Positions 22,453 to 35,500 of a stretch of DNA of 64,000 bases are shown one piece after another. Location: the NCBI GenBank assembly GCA_951406725.2, contig OX597824.1, forward strand, positions 51,584,001 to 51,648,000. The letters are read 5' to 3'. The stretch's first letter is position 1. Every line of letters starts with the position of its first letter. The position numbers and the translations under genes are program-made. This stretch comes from Octopus vulgaris. Lineage: Eukaryota. Below the pieces are notes generated by a model that was not told the DNA's origin, did not search any database, and saw only the letters and a list, made by a program, of their open reading frames with translations.

Positions 22453-24894
22453 TGGTAATAATAATAATAATGATGACAATGGTAATAGATAATGAAATTT
22501 CAGTTGTTAACTGAATATTTTAAACTTACCTCAGTGTATTGAAGGGTCTCTGTCAGTCTTCAGTATTTCTCTATTCACAAAAAAAAAAAAAAGAAAGACA
22601 GGAATGAAGCAGTGTTTTCTTTCTAATCATCCATTTATCACAATTTCTGAATGCTTTGCTGGCAATATCAGAGAGTACTAATTAGCTGTAGATGAGCTGA
22701 ATTTGATACTTTTTCAAGTGACCACCATACTCCTTCAGCTTTCAATTCACTTAATAGAAAGGCATGAATATTAGAACACCTACCCGCTTTTCAGCTCTTT
22801 ACTCTCCTCAGAATCATATACTTCACATTTGATGCCAACAGTTTTAGGGTGACCAGAGGTCAGTTCTCGGTCCATTTATGTCAAGAACTTGCTTTTGTTT
22901 CCTATTGGCAGTAATTCCATTTTATTTCATTTTGACTTGACCAGGAAAAGTGTAAACATTATGCCTTATTTCTCTCCATTATCTTTCACATACAATTACA
23001 ATGTAGACAGTTGTTGATTTTTTTTTTGGTAGTTCCATATCAACATAGATTGAACAGGCTTAATCAGCTGAGCCTCTAGGTGTGATCCAATACTTTGAAT
23101 ATACCATAGCTCTGTCTGGTTGTGATCTGTAGGGCAGTGTGTGGTGCAATGTGGCAGTCTAGGCATGTTGTACCCTCTCCACTGTTCACCTAGAGTTTCT
23201 ACTTCTGGATGTAACAGAGATGGGCAGTGAGGAAGCTTTTGTGCAGTCATTTGACTTGCTAGAAATAGTTGCCAGATCTCCTTCAAACTTCATCCTATTC
23301 TCTTCAAAATAGTTGAAAAATACTTGGTAACTGAATCCCAGATATAATAGGGCAGAAAATGAGATGGTCAGGGTTAGAAGAACACTGGTCAGACTAAAAC
23401 AATTTATCACAGAAAGCTGTACTGTGGTTAGTATTTTACAGAGGTGATGGATTCTACTAGTACCGACTTTTAACAACTACACAAATGTAGAAGACCAACT
23501 GTAAATGTTAAACAGTTACATTAACGTCAGTGCTCCTCATTCCATACTGTAAAAACAAATAGAGTTTTTGTTGCTGTGGTCTACTAATCACTTCTAATTT
23601 TGTTTTTCCAATCATTTGTTGAGTCATTAGTAGTGTTTTTTGTCGATTTATTTACTTTTTGCTTATTTTCTCTAATTAGTATGCTATTAGTCTGGAATGT
23701 GTGCTGGTTAGATTCCAGTATTCTAGTACTGTTACAGCTGTTGTTAGTATTTTAATGTTGTTGTTCCTGTAGTTGTTGAGTAGCCTACATTTACATGCTT
23801 TCTTGGAGCAGGAAAGCATTTCTGATCAAATACATAGAAAATATGCCATTGGTTCAAACCCAGTCTAATGTGCCTTTTGATTTGTTCTGATCACAAGTTT
23901 CTTAACATGGTCATCCAGTCTTTATGTTGTTGCTTAGGCCTTGGTAGCACAGACCTTTGATCAGAGGCTTTCCATCCATGGCCATCCTAATTATTTTATA
24001 TCTATTGTCCAGTGTGTTCTTCCTTTTCTTTAGACAGTAGATTTGACTGCTGTTTCTATTAGATTTAGCAACCAAATAGATGCTTCTTTGTCTGCTTGTT
24101 CATTTCCCACTTAGAGTAATAAATAGAATTATTTAAAAGCAAAGGTGGGCTTGCTTTTCCAGATGTAATTGAAAACTTGCAAAGTGTGGAGCTCATTTGA
24201 GTTATAATAAGGGGTTAACTATTGCATTGAGGTACATTCAAGTTGAATATTGAGACACTCCATTTATAGTTTGTATTGTTATAAACCAGTGTTGGGTTGT
24301 CATTGGTCTTAACCTCTGGTCAGCTCTGATTCAGCAGATCTATGATCAAAAGTAGTCCAGCCATAACCATCTTGTCTTTCTTTTTTTCAGACATTGTATA
24401 TTTAACTGAATTATCCAGCAATGTGTTTTCCATTTATTAAAATTTTTTTTATTTTTAAGACAGTAGGGCGTGATATGATATGAAGATGATTTGGCTCCCA
24501 TTTCTAGCAAGCTGAGCAACTATCCGGAGGCTCCTTCATTAGCTGTTGTTGTTTGCTGTGTTTATAAACTTACATAAGTTTGCTGCTGTGTTTTGTGTGA
24601 TATACTTTTAAGAAATGTTTGTCAACTGTTGGTCCCATGACTTAGAGATGGAAAAAGGAGACAAAATAAATTTCCTCCTGTTGCTTTTGTTTAATTTTCT
24701 TTGTTTCTTAGGTCATGCCCGATAATGTTTGCTAACTACTGATAATGTTTTTAAGTAACCCACTTACACTAGAATGCCTCTTCCTCCTCCCACCACCACC
24801 TATAACTTCATAGGTGCATCTGCTGTTCTACAATACATACATTTATACATATACAGATCCATGTGATGCTCTTTTATAATATTGCATACCTATC

Positions 24895-25668
<774 letters not shown>

Positions 25669-25739
25669 CAAGTAATGTTGGGAGTTTTTTTGATGTTTTA
25701 GTAACACCAACAATAACAAAAACCTGGACAAGGAATGAA

Positions 25740-27062
25740 ATTATTATTCAATTATGTCTTTATGGTTGTTGTTACGTCACATCGACTCTCGCCACTGAAA
25801 ATACCGGCATGGATAAAATGACAGCAATTTATGAAAAATAAATGTCTGCCTATATAACCACTCAAAATTGTCCATTGTCTGCTGGCCTCAGTTTATAAAC
25901 AGGAAGTACCATTTTGGAGTTGTCCTGATCCCTACAAAAAGTTAAATTAAAAGAAAAATCCTTATTTAACTTTTAAAGAGATATATATTTTTTCTTTTCT
26001 AATTCTTTTCTATTTTTCTGAATCTTTAATTACTCTTGTTAGTAATGGTGTGATAACTTAATTACTGAGAGGAAGAGAGAGAGAGAGAGAGAGAGAGGTA
26101 GAAAAGAGTGATGTGACAGGAAATGACAAAACCATCAAAACCTATTTCAATCTAAAAGAGACTCCACGCTGAATATTTGGTTTGCCTTTTTTTTTGTTTT
26201 TCTCTTAAACTCTTGGAGATATTTCCCTTTTTTCCTCTCCCACTCACTCTGTTACCAACAATATTGCAGAATCTGTTTGTTATACATCAAGATCACCACT
26301 GATGAAGTATTTTTGGAATTTTCATCTTTGTTAAAATGTCTTGGTTACTCTGGTATATTTCATTGTTTCCAACTGACATCAAGTTACCTAGCAGCACTCC
26401 TCCACCTTGGTCCAACATATCAAGAAAGCAGCAACAATAGCAGAATAGCCACAACTCAATAATAAAATATTAAAAGGAAAACAACAACATGTATGAACAA
26501 TGTCCCTGTCTTCATAAAGTGCTATTAGAATGGAATGTATTCTTACACATTGACTGAGCAAAGCTGCTACAATGGAAATATTGGAATAAGTATCTGTTTT
26601 GATGATAAACTACCAAACACTTAAAGCAGAGAATTACTGAACCCAGTTCAAAACCAGCTCATGCTGTCATACTCTGCACTATATTTCTCTATTCTTAGCA
26701 CCACATTAGTTTCACATTTAATTTACTTTGCTGGTTAGGGTTGGTCCAGTTTGCTATGTATCCTGTGAGAGCTCCTAATAATTTTTGAACCTACTCTTCT
26801 CATATCCTTACATGTCTATAGTCTAACTCTCTAATCAATATACTTCACGACATTGTACTATAAAAGAGACTATTACATACCTGTAAACTATCACATATCA
26901 ATATTTCCTGTGTCTTTATTCTATGAGAAAACAAATACAGCAAACAACAATCAATAGCAATTACAAAAACAACAACTAATAGTTTTATACAAAGACAGCA
27001 ATAGTTATTTATTTATTGTGGAAGTAGGTAACCCTAAGTGTCAAAGTATCACTTAGAAGAAG
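25740..27062 (+). promoter_or_regulatory. Putative promoter / 5' UTR region upstream of the candidate first exon
   Basis: About 1.3 kb free of recognisable TE sequence. Contains a CRE-like ttacgtca (~25772), a TATA-like cctatataa (~25849), and tataaacaggaagt (forkhead- and ETS-like, ~25894). Such motifs alone are weak evidence. Confidence 0.3.
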
Positions 27063-27131
27063 ATGTCTGAACCTGTATCTCACAATATAAGGGTAGTTCC
27101 CACCCTATCATGGTCAGCTCAGGAGGTCAAA
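27063..27131 (+). CDS. Candidate first coding exon of the formin gene (MSEPVSHNIRVVPTLSWSAQEVK)
   Basis: aagATGt start, 23 open codons, then a consensus donor AAA|gtaagt in phase 0. This matches the phase-0 acceptor at 30776. It lies in a TE-free unique stretch. No homology support. Confidence 0.5.
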
Positions 27132-27929
27132 GTAAGTCCTTTTTTCTTTTTAATCTTTTGGTGATAATCTTGGTTCTTTTCACTTCTGTCTCAATATCAT
27201 GATGTTAATATTTAGGTTTGCTTTACTCAATATTGTAAGGTGCTAGTGAATCCCACATTGGTATATTGCCTCAGGGGGCAATCACTGGAGAATTTCTTTT
27301 CATGTGGTAGACCAAGGGTAAGTTAGGACATTTCCAAATTATGCCTCCACTGGAGGAGCTGAACTGTGCACAGCAAGATATCAGAACATTTATAAATTTT
27401 ACTATGCTGCTGTGATCCACTCTTGTGACAGTTGTTGACAACTAAGTGGACTGATTTATATATGATTTAACTTTTTGTCATGGATACAATGCAGAACTAC
27501 TGATAATAGGAACTCTTACCTCATTTTCCATTATTAAATCAACTCTGTCAGTTGAGTCACTGTTATATTGTATAATATTGATGGTAAATTTTCTACTTTG
27601 TGAAAATGTTGAAGTTCTTGAAATGACTTTGTTAAGAATAAAATCCATGTGTCTGAAGGTGGTATCCCACTAATTCATAATTCTCATGCTGTTTATTTTT
27701 TTTTTTTCTAATCAACTTTCAGAGTTTTTAGATTAAATTTAATGTCTTGTTGTGTGTAGAGTGAACATAAATAGAATATAATAAAGGTAGTGAATTTTAG
27801 GGGTGACACCTTTACATATAAAATACTGTCGTGGCTGGAAGACAGTATGTTGTTAATCCATCTTACCCATGAGTTTATTTTGCTTGTAACACCAGATTAT
27901 AATTTTCTTCACTTTTAAGGCTGGAAGAT

Positions 27930-28430
27930 TTTTCAATATTTACACCTTCATTACATACTACCCCACTGGATTCAAAGCAGGCACCTTTTATTTATAAACT
28001 AAGGGCAATAGCATTCATGTTCAATAGACAGCTGACCTCTCTAAAGTTAAAGTTGTTAGCTTGGGATATTTTAATCTTATTAACAACTGATCTCAGACAG
28101 TTAATCAATAGTGTGTTGATTTGATCCTTTCCATCAAGTCTTTTGTCAACAATAACTCCTAAGTTCTGACATTTATCAGATGCCATTTGACACTCAGGAC
28201 TATGGCAGTTTAAGTTAGTTCTTTTCAAAATCAAACTACATGAACTTACTTGATTGTTTTGGTTTTGTTTTCAGTCTTCAGTTTTTCGGATTCATATATG
28301 GAAGTTGGATTGTGATCGAGTTTAATCATTTATGTTTTGATAACCGTCTGGAGTTTGAAATCTTCAGCAAATCACTGTCCTGTATGAGATACATTGAAGG
28401 GAATTGTGTTAGTATGAATTCTTGAGGGAC
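27930..28430 (-). mobile_element. Old LINE RT remnant
   Basis: NLGVIVDKRL...DQIN resembles the RT-downstream KNLGV..D..L....HI motif. Confidence 0.4.
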
Positions 28431-28526
28431 AATGGCTGATGATCTTTGCTAAGTAAATGTGCACCATATCTGACATGTGTTACTTGGATAAAATATAGCT
28501 TCACCGTTTTAGCAAATTTGTTATAG

Positions 28527-29120
28527 AATAGCTAAGCATGTGGATCATGTTATTGTGTAAGGAATTCCATGTAAGCTAAGTATTCCATCATCAGAAAGAA
28601 AGAGAAGTAAGAAGATCTAGAAATGAAGAATATCCCCAATCAAGGATATTAGTAGTTACCAGTTCATTGAGAAATGAAGGAAAGACCAAAATGAAAGGTA
28701 GATGTGTTTGGTAGTTCCATGATCAAAGTGAATTAGGATTGAGTTGGAGTAATATACTACTGTGATCCCAACTGAATCCTAATTCACTTTCTATTCAAAA
28801 ATGGAAATAGTAAATTCCATTATCCTTTGCCATGGATTATCCTCAAATCTTCACCTATGGAACCGCAAATGAACGTTAAATTTTACTTATGACTTGATTA
28901 TTGATAATGGAACTTCCAAACATCTATCTTTCACTCTGGTCTTTCCTTCATTTCTTGATGAACTAGTAACTACTACTATCTTTGATTGGGGATATTCTTC
29001 ATTTCTGTTCTCTCTCTTTCTCTCTCCCTCTCTCTCCCTCCCCCCCCTCTCTCTCTCCAAAATACTTAGCTTTCTTGGAATTCTTTACTCAATAACATAT
29101 GATCCAAATGCTTAGCTATT
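28527..29120. mobile_element. Foldback element: ~200-bp imperfect inverted arms with an internal 23-bp hairpin
   Basis: 28527-28726 is complementary to 28901-29120; 28725-28747 pairs with 28768-28790 (1 mismatch). Confidence 0.8.
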
Positions 29121-29230
29121 ATTGAAACAGCTGTAAGCGGTTTAACATATTTCTCATAACTACTCTGCACTATGTTTGTATTTTATATGTAAATTAAATG
29201 TTTTGCTTATTCATTTTCTATTTTAATCTA

Positions 29231-30162
29231 CAGGGTGTTTCAAAGGTCTATGTCACATTCTAAGAACTCTTATATCATGAACTACAACTGGTAGTGTGAT
29301 TCAACTGGTACCATTTAAAAGCTAAAAGTGCCAAGTTTTCTTCTGTTAATTTAATTTCAATTTAATTAAATTAAAATTTTGTTTTTTGTCTCTTTTCAGA
29401 TCCAGTAATGTCATTCACAAAACAAGAGATGTCATTTTGTGTCCTAGAATATGCTAAAAATGAATCATGGACATGTGTTCAAATTTCATACAATATTTAC
29501 GAAACAGGCACCAGACAGACGTTCCATATTGAATAGGCATGCAAAATTTAAGGAGGAGGGGTGTTTGTGCCCAGCAAAGAGAATAGGATGCCCCTGTACA
29601 AATTCACGGTGAATAGGTTTATCAGTGTTTTTCAACTGTTGAACCAATTGCAGCTTGTATGGTGTGAACTGCAGCTATCTCCTTAAGACATGCCAAACAA
29701 TTGTTGATGGGAGCTGAAGTTCTCGACTGGCTATTCTGACTTCTGGGATTTGTACTGGAAAGCTTTCCAAATTTGTTCAATCATATCATCTGAAGCTGAG
29801 GGGCACTCTGTTCTCTTTGCTGGGCACAAACACCCCCTCCTCCTTAAATTTTGTATGCCAATTCAAAACGAAGCATCTGTCTGGTGCCTGCTTGGTAAAC
29901 ATTGTACGAAATTTGCATTGAACACATGTCCATGATTCAGTTTTAGTGTGTTTTAGGACACAAAATAACTTCTTGTTTTGTGAATGACATTACTGGATTT
30001 GAAAAGAAGCAAAAAAAAGTTAGATTTAATTAATTAAATTAAATGAACAAAAGAAAACTTGACACTTTTAACTTTAAAATGGTACCAGTTCAATTATGCT
30101 ATCATTTGTAGTTAATGATATAAGAGTTCTTAGAATGTGACATAGTCTTTTGAAACAACCTG
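29231..30162. mobile_element. Tc1/mariner-derived foldback made of two inverted 5' halves
   Basis: TA TSD; termini cagggtgtttcaaa / ttgaaacaacctg; ~360-bp inverted arms. Each arm carries the transposase start MSFTKQE..CVLE.AK.ESWT.VQ, and the right arm extends to PYKLQLVQQL. Confidence 0.9.
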
Positions 30163-30270
30163 TATATCCACCTGCAGAGTGAGTCAACTAGATATATGAA
30201 TGAGTGAAAGTAGAGAGAGAGGACATGATTTGAAAAGGTAAATTAACTGGTAGATATGTAGATATATCTA

Positions 30271-30346
<76 letters not shown>

Positions 30347-30382
30347 TCATATGATACTTTGCTAGATGGTCAAATAGATATG

Positions 30383-30425
<43 letters not shown>

Positions 30426-30775
30426 ACACACACGTATAGTTGAGCTCATGTTTTTGTTTATGTATGTGGTGACATTTAAAGAGGTGGAGTTTAACCCTCA
30501 GCATTCTGATTATTCCGTCAAATGTAATGTCTATTTATTCGTATTGTTTTGAAGTGATCATACATTATCTTGTAGCTTTGAGATTTCAATGATGTAGTTG
30601 TTTATTTTCAGAAAAACATTGTGATATTGTAGGGTAGGGTAGGTGTGAGGAGCTGGATCTGGCCAACTTGAATATAAAACAGATAGATTATTTGGGCTGG
30701 ATATGGCCAGTTTAAGAGATATACAATTAATATTATCAAATGTTATGTTAATGTTATTAAAATGTTTCTTTTCAG

Positions 30776-30929
30776 CCTGACTGCATGTACTACTGGACTC
30801 ATACAGAAGCCTCATGCCTTACGCAACCACCTGGTACAGCTCCTGGTAAAATTGAATCTTCCTTGTGGCCTTCCGTTTTGGTTTCTAATTCTTCACAAAG
30901 TAATTCAGCTTTGAAATATACTGAAGCTG
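30776..30929 (+). CDS. FMN: Formin (FMN/Cappuccino subfamily) exon: PDCMYY...GKIESSLWPS...ALKYTEA
   Basis: Acceptor tttcttttcag, donor G|gtaagt, 154 bp (phase 0 to 1). The W-P and LKYTEAE motifs resemble the FMN1/FMN2 pre-coiled-coil block. Confidence 0.8.
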
Positions 30930-31389
30930 GTAAGTAAAGTTTCAACATATGTTGTTTTTATAGTTTGTGTTCTGTAGTTTTTTATGGAAAAATTAAATGG
31001 TTGAATGGATTTGTTTTGAACTACTAGCTTAAATGTTTTGGTTTGAAATCCACTGGCAGTGTTTTGCAGTGTAGTTTTAGGCAGTATACTTCATTCTAAT
31101 TGACTATATTAAGCTGTAAGGTACAGCTTATTTACCAGATCATCTGGGAATATCACCTAAGATAAATCAACACCCTCTCCAATCTCTCTGGCTTGTAACC
31201 ATGAAATTGAAAGTATGCAGCAGCTCTTAGAATCTTTCATGATTTGATGAGAATATTTTACATTCTAATATTGTACATAGTTGTTTCCTTGCTGTGTATA
31301 GTGAACTGTCTTCTCAGTGTATTGTTGTTTCATTTATGTGTACCTATGATCTTTTGTCAACCCACTCACCACGACTGATTTGATATCCT

Positions 31390-31670
31390 AAAACCAAAGT
31401 GCCACATAAAAAGCATTGGTGTGGGTCCTAATGCAATATATAAAAAGCACTGGTGCTGGTGCCACATAAAAAGCACTGATACTGATGCCATGTAAAAAGC
31501 ACCTAGTACACTCTGTAAAGTGGTTGGTGTTAAGAAGAGCATCCAGCTGTAGAAACCAAGTCAAAATAGGCTGTGGAATCCATTGTGGCCCTGGCCTTGC
31601 CAGTTCCTGTCATGCCATCCAACCCATGCCAGCATGGAAAACATGTTAAATAATGATGATGACGATGAAC
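31390..31670 (+). mobile_element. RTE 3'-end fragment; one of about 10 (also ~4526, 20820, 36150, 50900, 54860, 57770, 60100, 61780, 62480)
   Basis: Shared tail aaaagcacc.agtacac..tgtaaagtggttgg...ggcatccagc.gtagaaacc...ccaacccatgccagcatggaaa + (GAT)n, the same as the tail of the RTE at 40890. Confidence 0.8.
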
Positions 31671-32864
31671 CATCCTGTATGTATCCCCTTTACAGATGAC
31701 TGACAATTCTGTTTGAGTCCTAGTCCTTATGTACTTGTTCTCCTGATGTATCAAAGGCAGTTTATATTTGTACTATATTTGTTAATGGTTGTGTCACTGA
31801 TATGTATATTTGACATGTCCATAATTATCTCATTATTTTCTATATCTCTCTACATCTTTGTATTTTAAATGATAGTTTGTGCAACATTGCTTGGTATGTT
31901 TGTACTCCTTTCACACTGTATAGTTGTCTCCTATTAAGACATCCCTTTCTGCATGGTTGACAATCCATGTCCCTTCATGTATTATATATAGTTCCTTACT
32001 GTATGTATTTGGCAGTTGTATTGCATCTGGCTACTCCATCCTGTTTATTTTTCTAAATGAGCCTCTGTACATGTATCCAAGGTGCTATATATTCTTTTCT
32101 GCTCTAGGCTCAAGGCCTGAAATTTTGGGGGAGGGGGCCAGTCAATTAGTTTAATTTGAACTCAGAATGTAAAGACAGATGAAATACCACTAAGCATTTT
32201 GCCCAGCATGCTAAATTTTCTTATTTCTTTATTGCCCACAAGGGGCTATACATAGAGGGGACAAACAAGGACAGACAAATAGATTAAGTTGATCACATCG
32301 ACCCCAATGTGTAACTGGTACTTAATTTATCGACCCCAAAAGGACGAAAGGTAAAGTCGACCTTGATGGAATTCGAACTCAGAACGTAATGGCAGACGAA
32401 ATACTGCTAAGCATTTCACCCGGCATGCTAACATTTCTGCCAGCTCGCCGCAGACAAATACAAGAAGAGATGGGATTATAGACTTAATGGTTTTGAAATG
32501 GTTAGTTCAATGTTGTACTACAGATGCGTGTGATCCATTCTGAGAAAATGGACATTATAATTAGGATAATGACAATGATATCTGCTTTTGCACTTATAGA
32601 AATGTTGACCTGGTCTCTTGAAAGTTTCTAGAAACTCTAGCATTGTCCCAGACAGGGGTCTTAGATTTCATAAGTAAACTGAACAAGTAGTAGTAGTAGT
32701 AGTAAAATAGAATTAGTTACAATAGTAGTTGTGCTATCTAACCTTACAACTGCTATGGAATACTGACCTATGTTGTGTTGAAGACCCATATTTAGCTGCA
32801 GTAATAATAATCTTCTTGTCTGATGTTAATATATTTTTAATTTATCATTTCTTCATCAATTCAG

Positions 32865-32926
32865 AACAGCAAGCATCTCTGGCAATTCTCAGACAAGAAT
32901 ATAAAGAGAGTACAGAGAATCTAGTG
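32865..32926 (+). CDS. FMN: Formin exon (E)QQASLAILRQEYKESTENLV, coiled coil
   Basis: Acceptor ttcag, donor GTG|gtatgt, 62 bp (phase 1 to 0); joins both neighbours in frame. Confidence 0.8.
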
Positions 32927-33759
32927 GTATGTATCATTTATATTGTTGTTTAACCTCAAATCTGCCCAACTTGATTTACAATCAGACTTTCTAACTTTGA
33001 CCATCCAGTCACATTTTTCAAATACATTGTATCCAAAACTACATTGTCTTTGGAAAAGAGTGTTCTTCCACTTCTTTTTAAGACAGTAGTGTATGCTTTG
33101 TGGGATATTTGTTTGCTATTTCAAGAAGGTTGTGTGGCCACATAGAAGCATCTCTATGAGTTCATTCTACTGGGGTTGATTTAACCTCTTTCATCTTGTT
33201 GTGTATCTTTTCTACTGTATCATTTATTTAACTCCTTAGTAACCATTAGTTTTATTGAAAAAGTTCTAAATATGATCAACAAGCAGAAGTTAAAGCAAAA
33301 TGTTGAAATATATTATTTTGTGTAAAAGAAAATTTATAGAAATAATGTTTTTTTACTGCTAGCTCCTTTTTAAAACCATGATTAGTGGTATTGGTCACAT
33401 TTGGTCACAAATTACCTTGTGATATTTGGTTATGTTCTTTAGTTTATGATTTCAAATCCTACCCTGATTGACCTTGCATTTCACTGTTCAAAGATCAATA
33501 AAATAAATAATGGATCAATGCCCTTACTCTAGAACTTGGTACCCTAACTTGTCTACAATATATGTAATATTTGTGTGTGTGTGTGTAGAATATACATATA
33601 CAGACACACGTTTGTGTTTCTCTCTCTCTCTCTCACACACACACACAATTTTTATGTAATTCATATTTATTTTTTAAAATTTTCTAGATCTGGTTAAGGG
33701 GTTAGTGCCCATGATCTTTATAGGCCCTCCGAGACTGGTGAGATTGATCTAGCTAATGT

Positions 33760-34330
33760 CCCTCTTGAACTGTTGCAAGCCATCACTTGCGGGAAAAGCA
33801 TGAGCAGAGAGGGAGTTTTGGAGGGAAGGACTGGGTGTAGTGGTTAGTGTAGGGCTTGCAATGTTGGACACAACAAGGTTGATGAGAGGAGGAGAGACAA
33901 GTAAGTCAGGAATGCTTGAGTGGATTTGGCTTGAGCCAAGCCAGCTCTAAGGAACAGAGACCTTTATAGTAATGGTAGAAAAGGCAAAAAAAAAAAGATT
34001 ATTTTTGAGTCTGAGGATGGAGTGATTTTATGCTAATCAGTTGGGTGGTCCTTTTCCGGATGTAGTTTAGGATGTCTGTGTGGACAGCAGGAGCATTGTC
34101 CATTATGGACAATATTCCACAATGGGCCTCACCTGAGCTTTTTGTAGAATGCCAAAAATTATTTGTAATTGAAGTATCTTGTGGCCCTGAAGAGAAGGGC
34201 AACTTGTGTTTTGGCTTTAGCTATGTTAAGGATGTATTTTCACCCTGAGTGATCCTTGGTGATAATAAGAACCTACATTTGGATCAATTGTAAGGGGGTT
34301 ATTTGCATGCTAGTCATGTCTAAAGCAGGT
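33760..34330 (-). mobile_element. Decayed CR1-group LINE fragment
   Basis: The minus strand gives QVRPIVEYC, NAPAVH..IL..IRKR and CLFYHYYKGLCSLELA, typical post-RT motifs. Confidence 0.55.
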
Positions 34331-34428
34331 TTGATGCAATGATGTTTTCTTACAAAATTTGATTTTGTATCTGATCAAAAACAAAACAAAATTGTGTTAA
34401 TTTTTATTTGATTTTTGAATTTTGCCAG

Positions 34429-35500
34429 AAAGAACACAATGTTAGAAAAGCAGAATTGATGAAAGAATTTGAAACCCAATTAAAACTGAAAAATGAGGAA
34501 CTCAAGAAACTAAAAGCTCAATGTGAGAAGTATGAAGTTCTTTTGGGGATTGAACAGATGACACAGTCAGCTTGGAAGTATGCACAAGCTGCTGAGATGG
34601 AATTGGAGAAATCACATTTGAAACCAAATGAGCTGACTCCAAATATGAATTACAGTCTTTCAGATACTCCAAGTCCATCTCAGTACCACACTCCTGCAGC
34701 AACACCTGACAAAATGTTGGCAGACACTCCTCTGAATTACATCAATCGAGATGAGGACAAATCTCCAAATGCAGTGGAAAACATTACACAGAAGCATCAA
34801 CCTCTCAACCGATGCCTTATTTCTCCTGAAGGGGATGATTCCATGTGTTTCACAGTGTTGTCACCAACCTCATCACCCATGAAAGATGATAACCAGCTGT
34901 ATATGATGAGAGACACGTGTGCTTCACCTCTTTCTGTACCTCCTTCTTCCTCCAGCATTCTTCAATCATCTCCAACTTCTCCCTCTGCACAAACTTCATG
35001 CTCAATAGTTCCATCTCAGCCTGCACCAGTGGGAACAGTTTCTCCACCTCCACCACCACCACCACCACCACCACCACCACCACCACCATTACCAACCTTA
35101 CCCAGTATCAGCTTAACATCTTCTACACCACCTCCTCCCCCACCTTTGCCTGGTGCAGGCCCTCGTGTTCCACCTCCTCCCCCACCATTGCCTGGTGCAG
35201 GCCCTCGTGTTCCACCTCCTCCCCCGCCATTGCCTGGTGCAGGCCCTCGTGTTCCACCTCCTCCCCCACCATTGCCTGGTGCAAGCCCTTGTGTTCCACC
35301 ACCACCACCACCACCACCACCACCGCCACTGCCTGGTGCAGGCTCACCTTGCCCACCACCACCACCACCACCTCCACCATTACCACGAATGCCTGGGTTG
35401 AGACCAACCCCACCTCCAGCACCACCACCTCCATCCTCAAGTGACACTAAATCATCACCTACGCTCCCTTTCACAGGATATACAATGGCTATGTATGACA
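34429..35500 (+). CDS. FMN: Formin large exon: coiled coil, S/P-rich linker and FH1 polyproline domain
   Basis: Within ORF 34408..35508. Acceptor tttgccag, donor GACA|gtaagt, 1072 bp (phase 0 to 1). Multiple PPPPPPLPG tracts. Confidence 0.95.
35128..35296 (+). repeat. 42-bp coding tandem repeat (PPPPPPLPGAGPRV) x4 in FH1
   Basis: ccacctcctccccca/gcc.ttgcctggtgcaggccctcgtgtt repeated almost identically. Confidence 0.92.
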
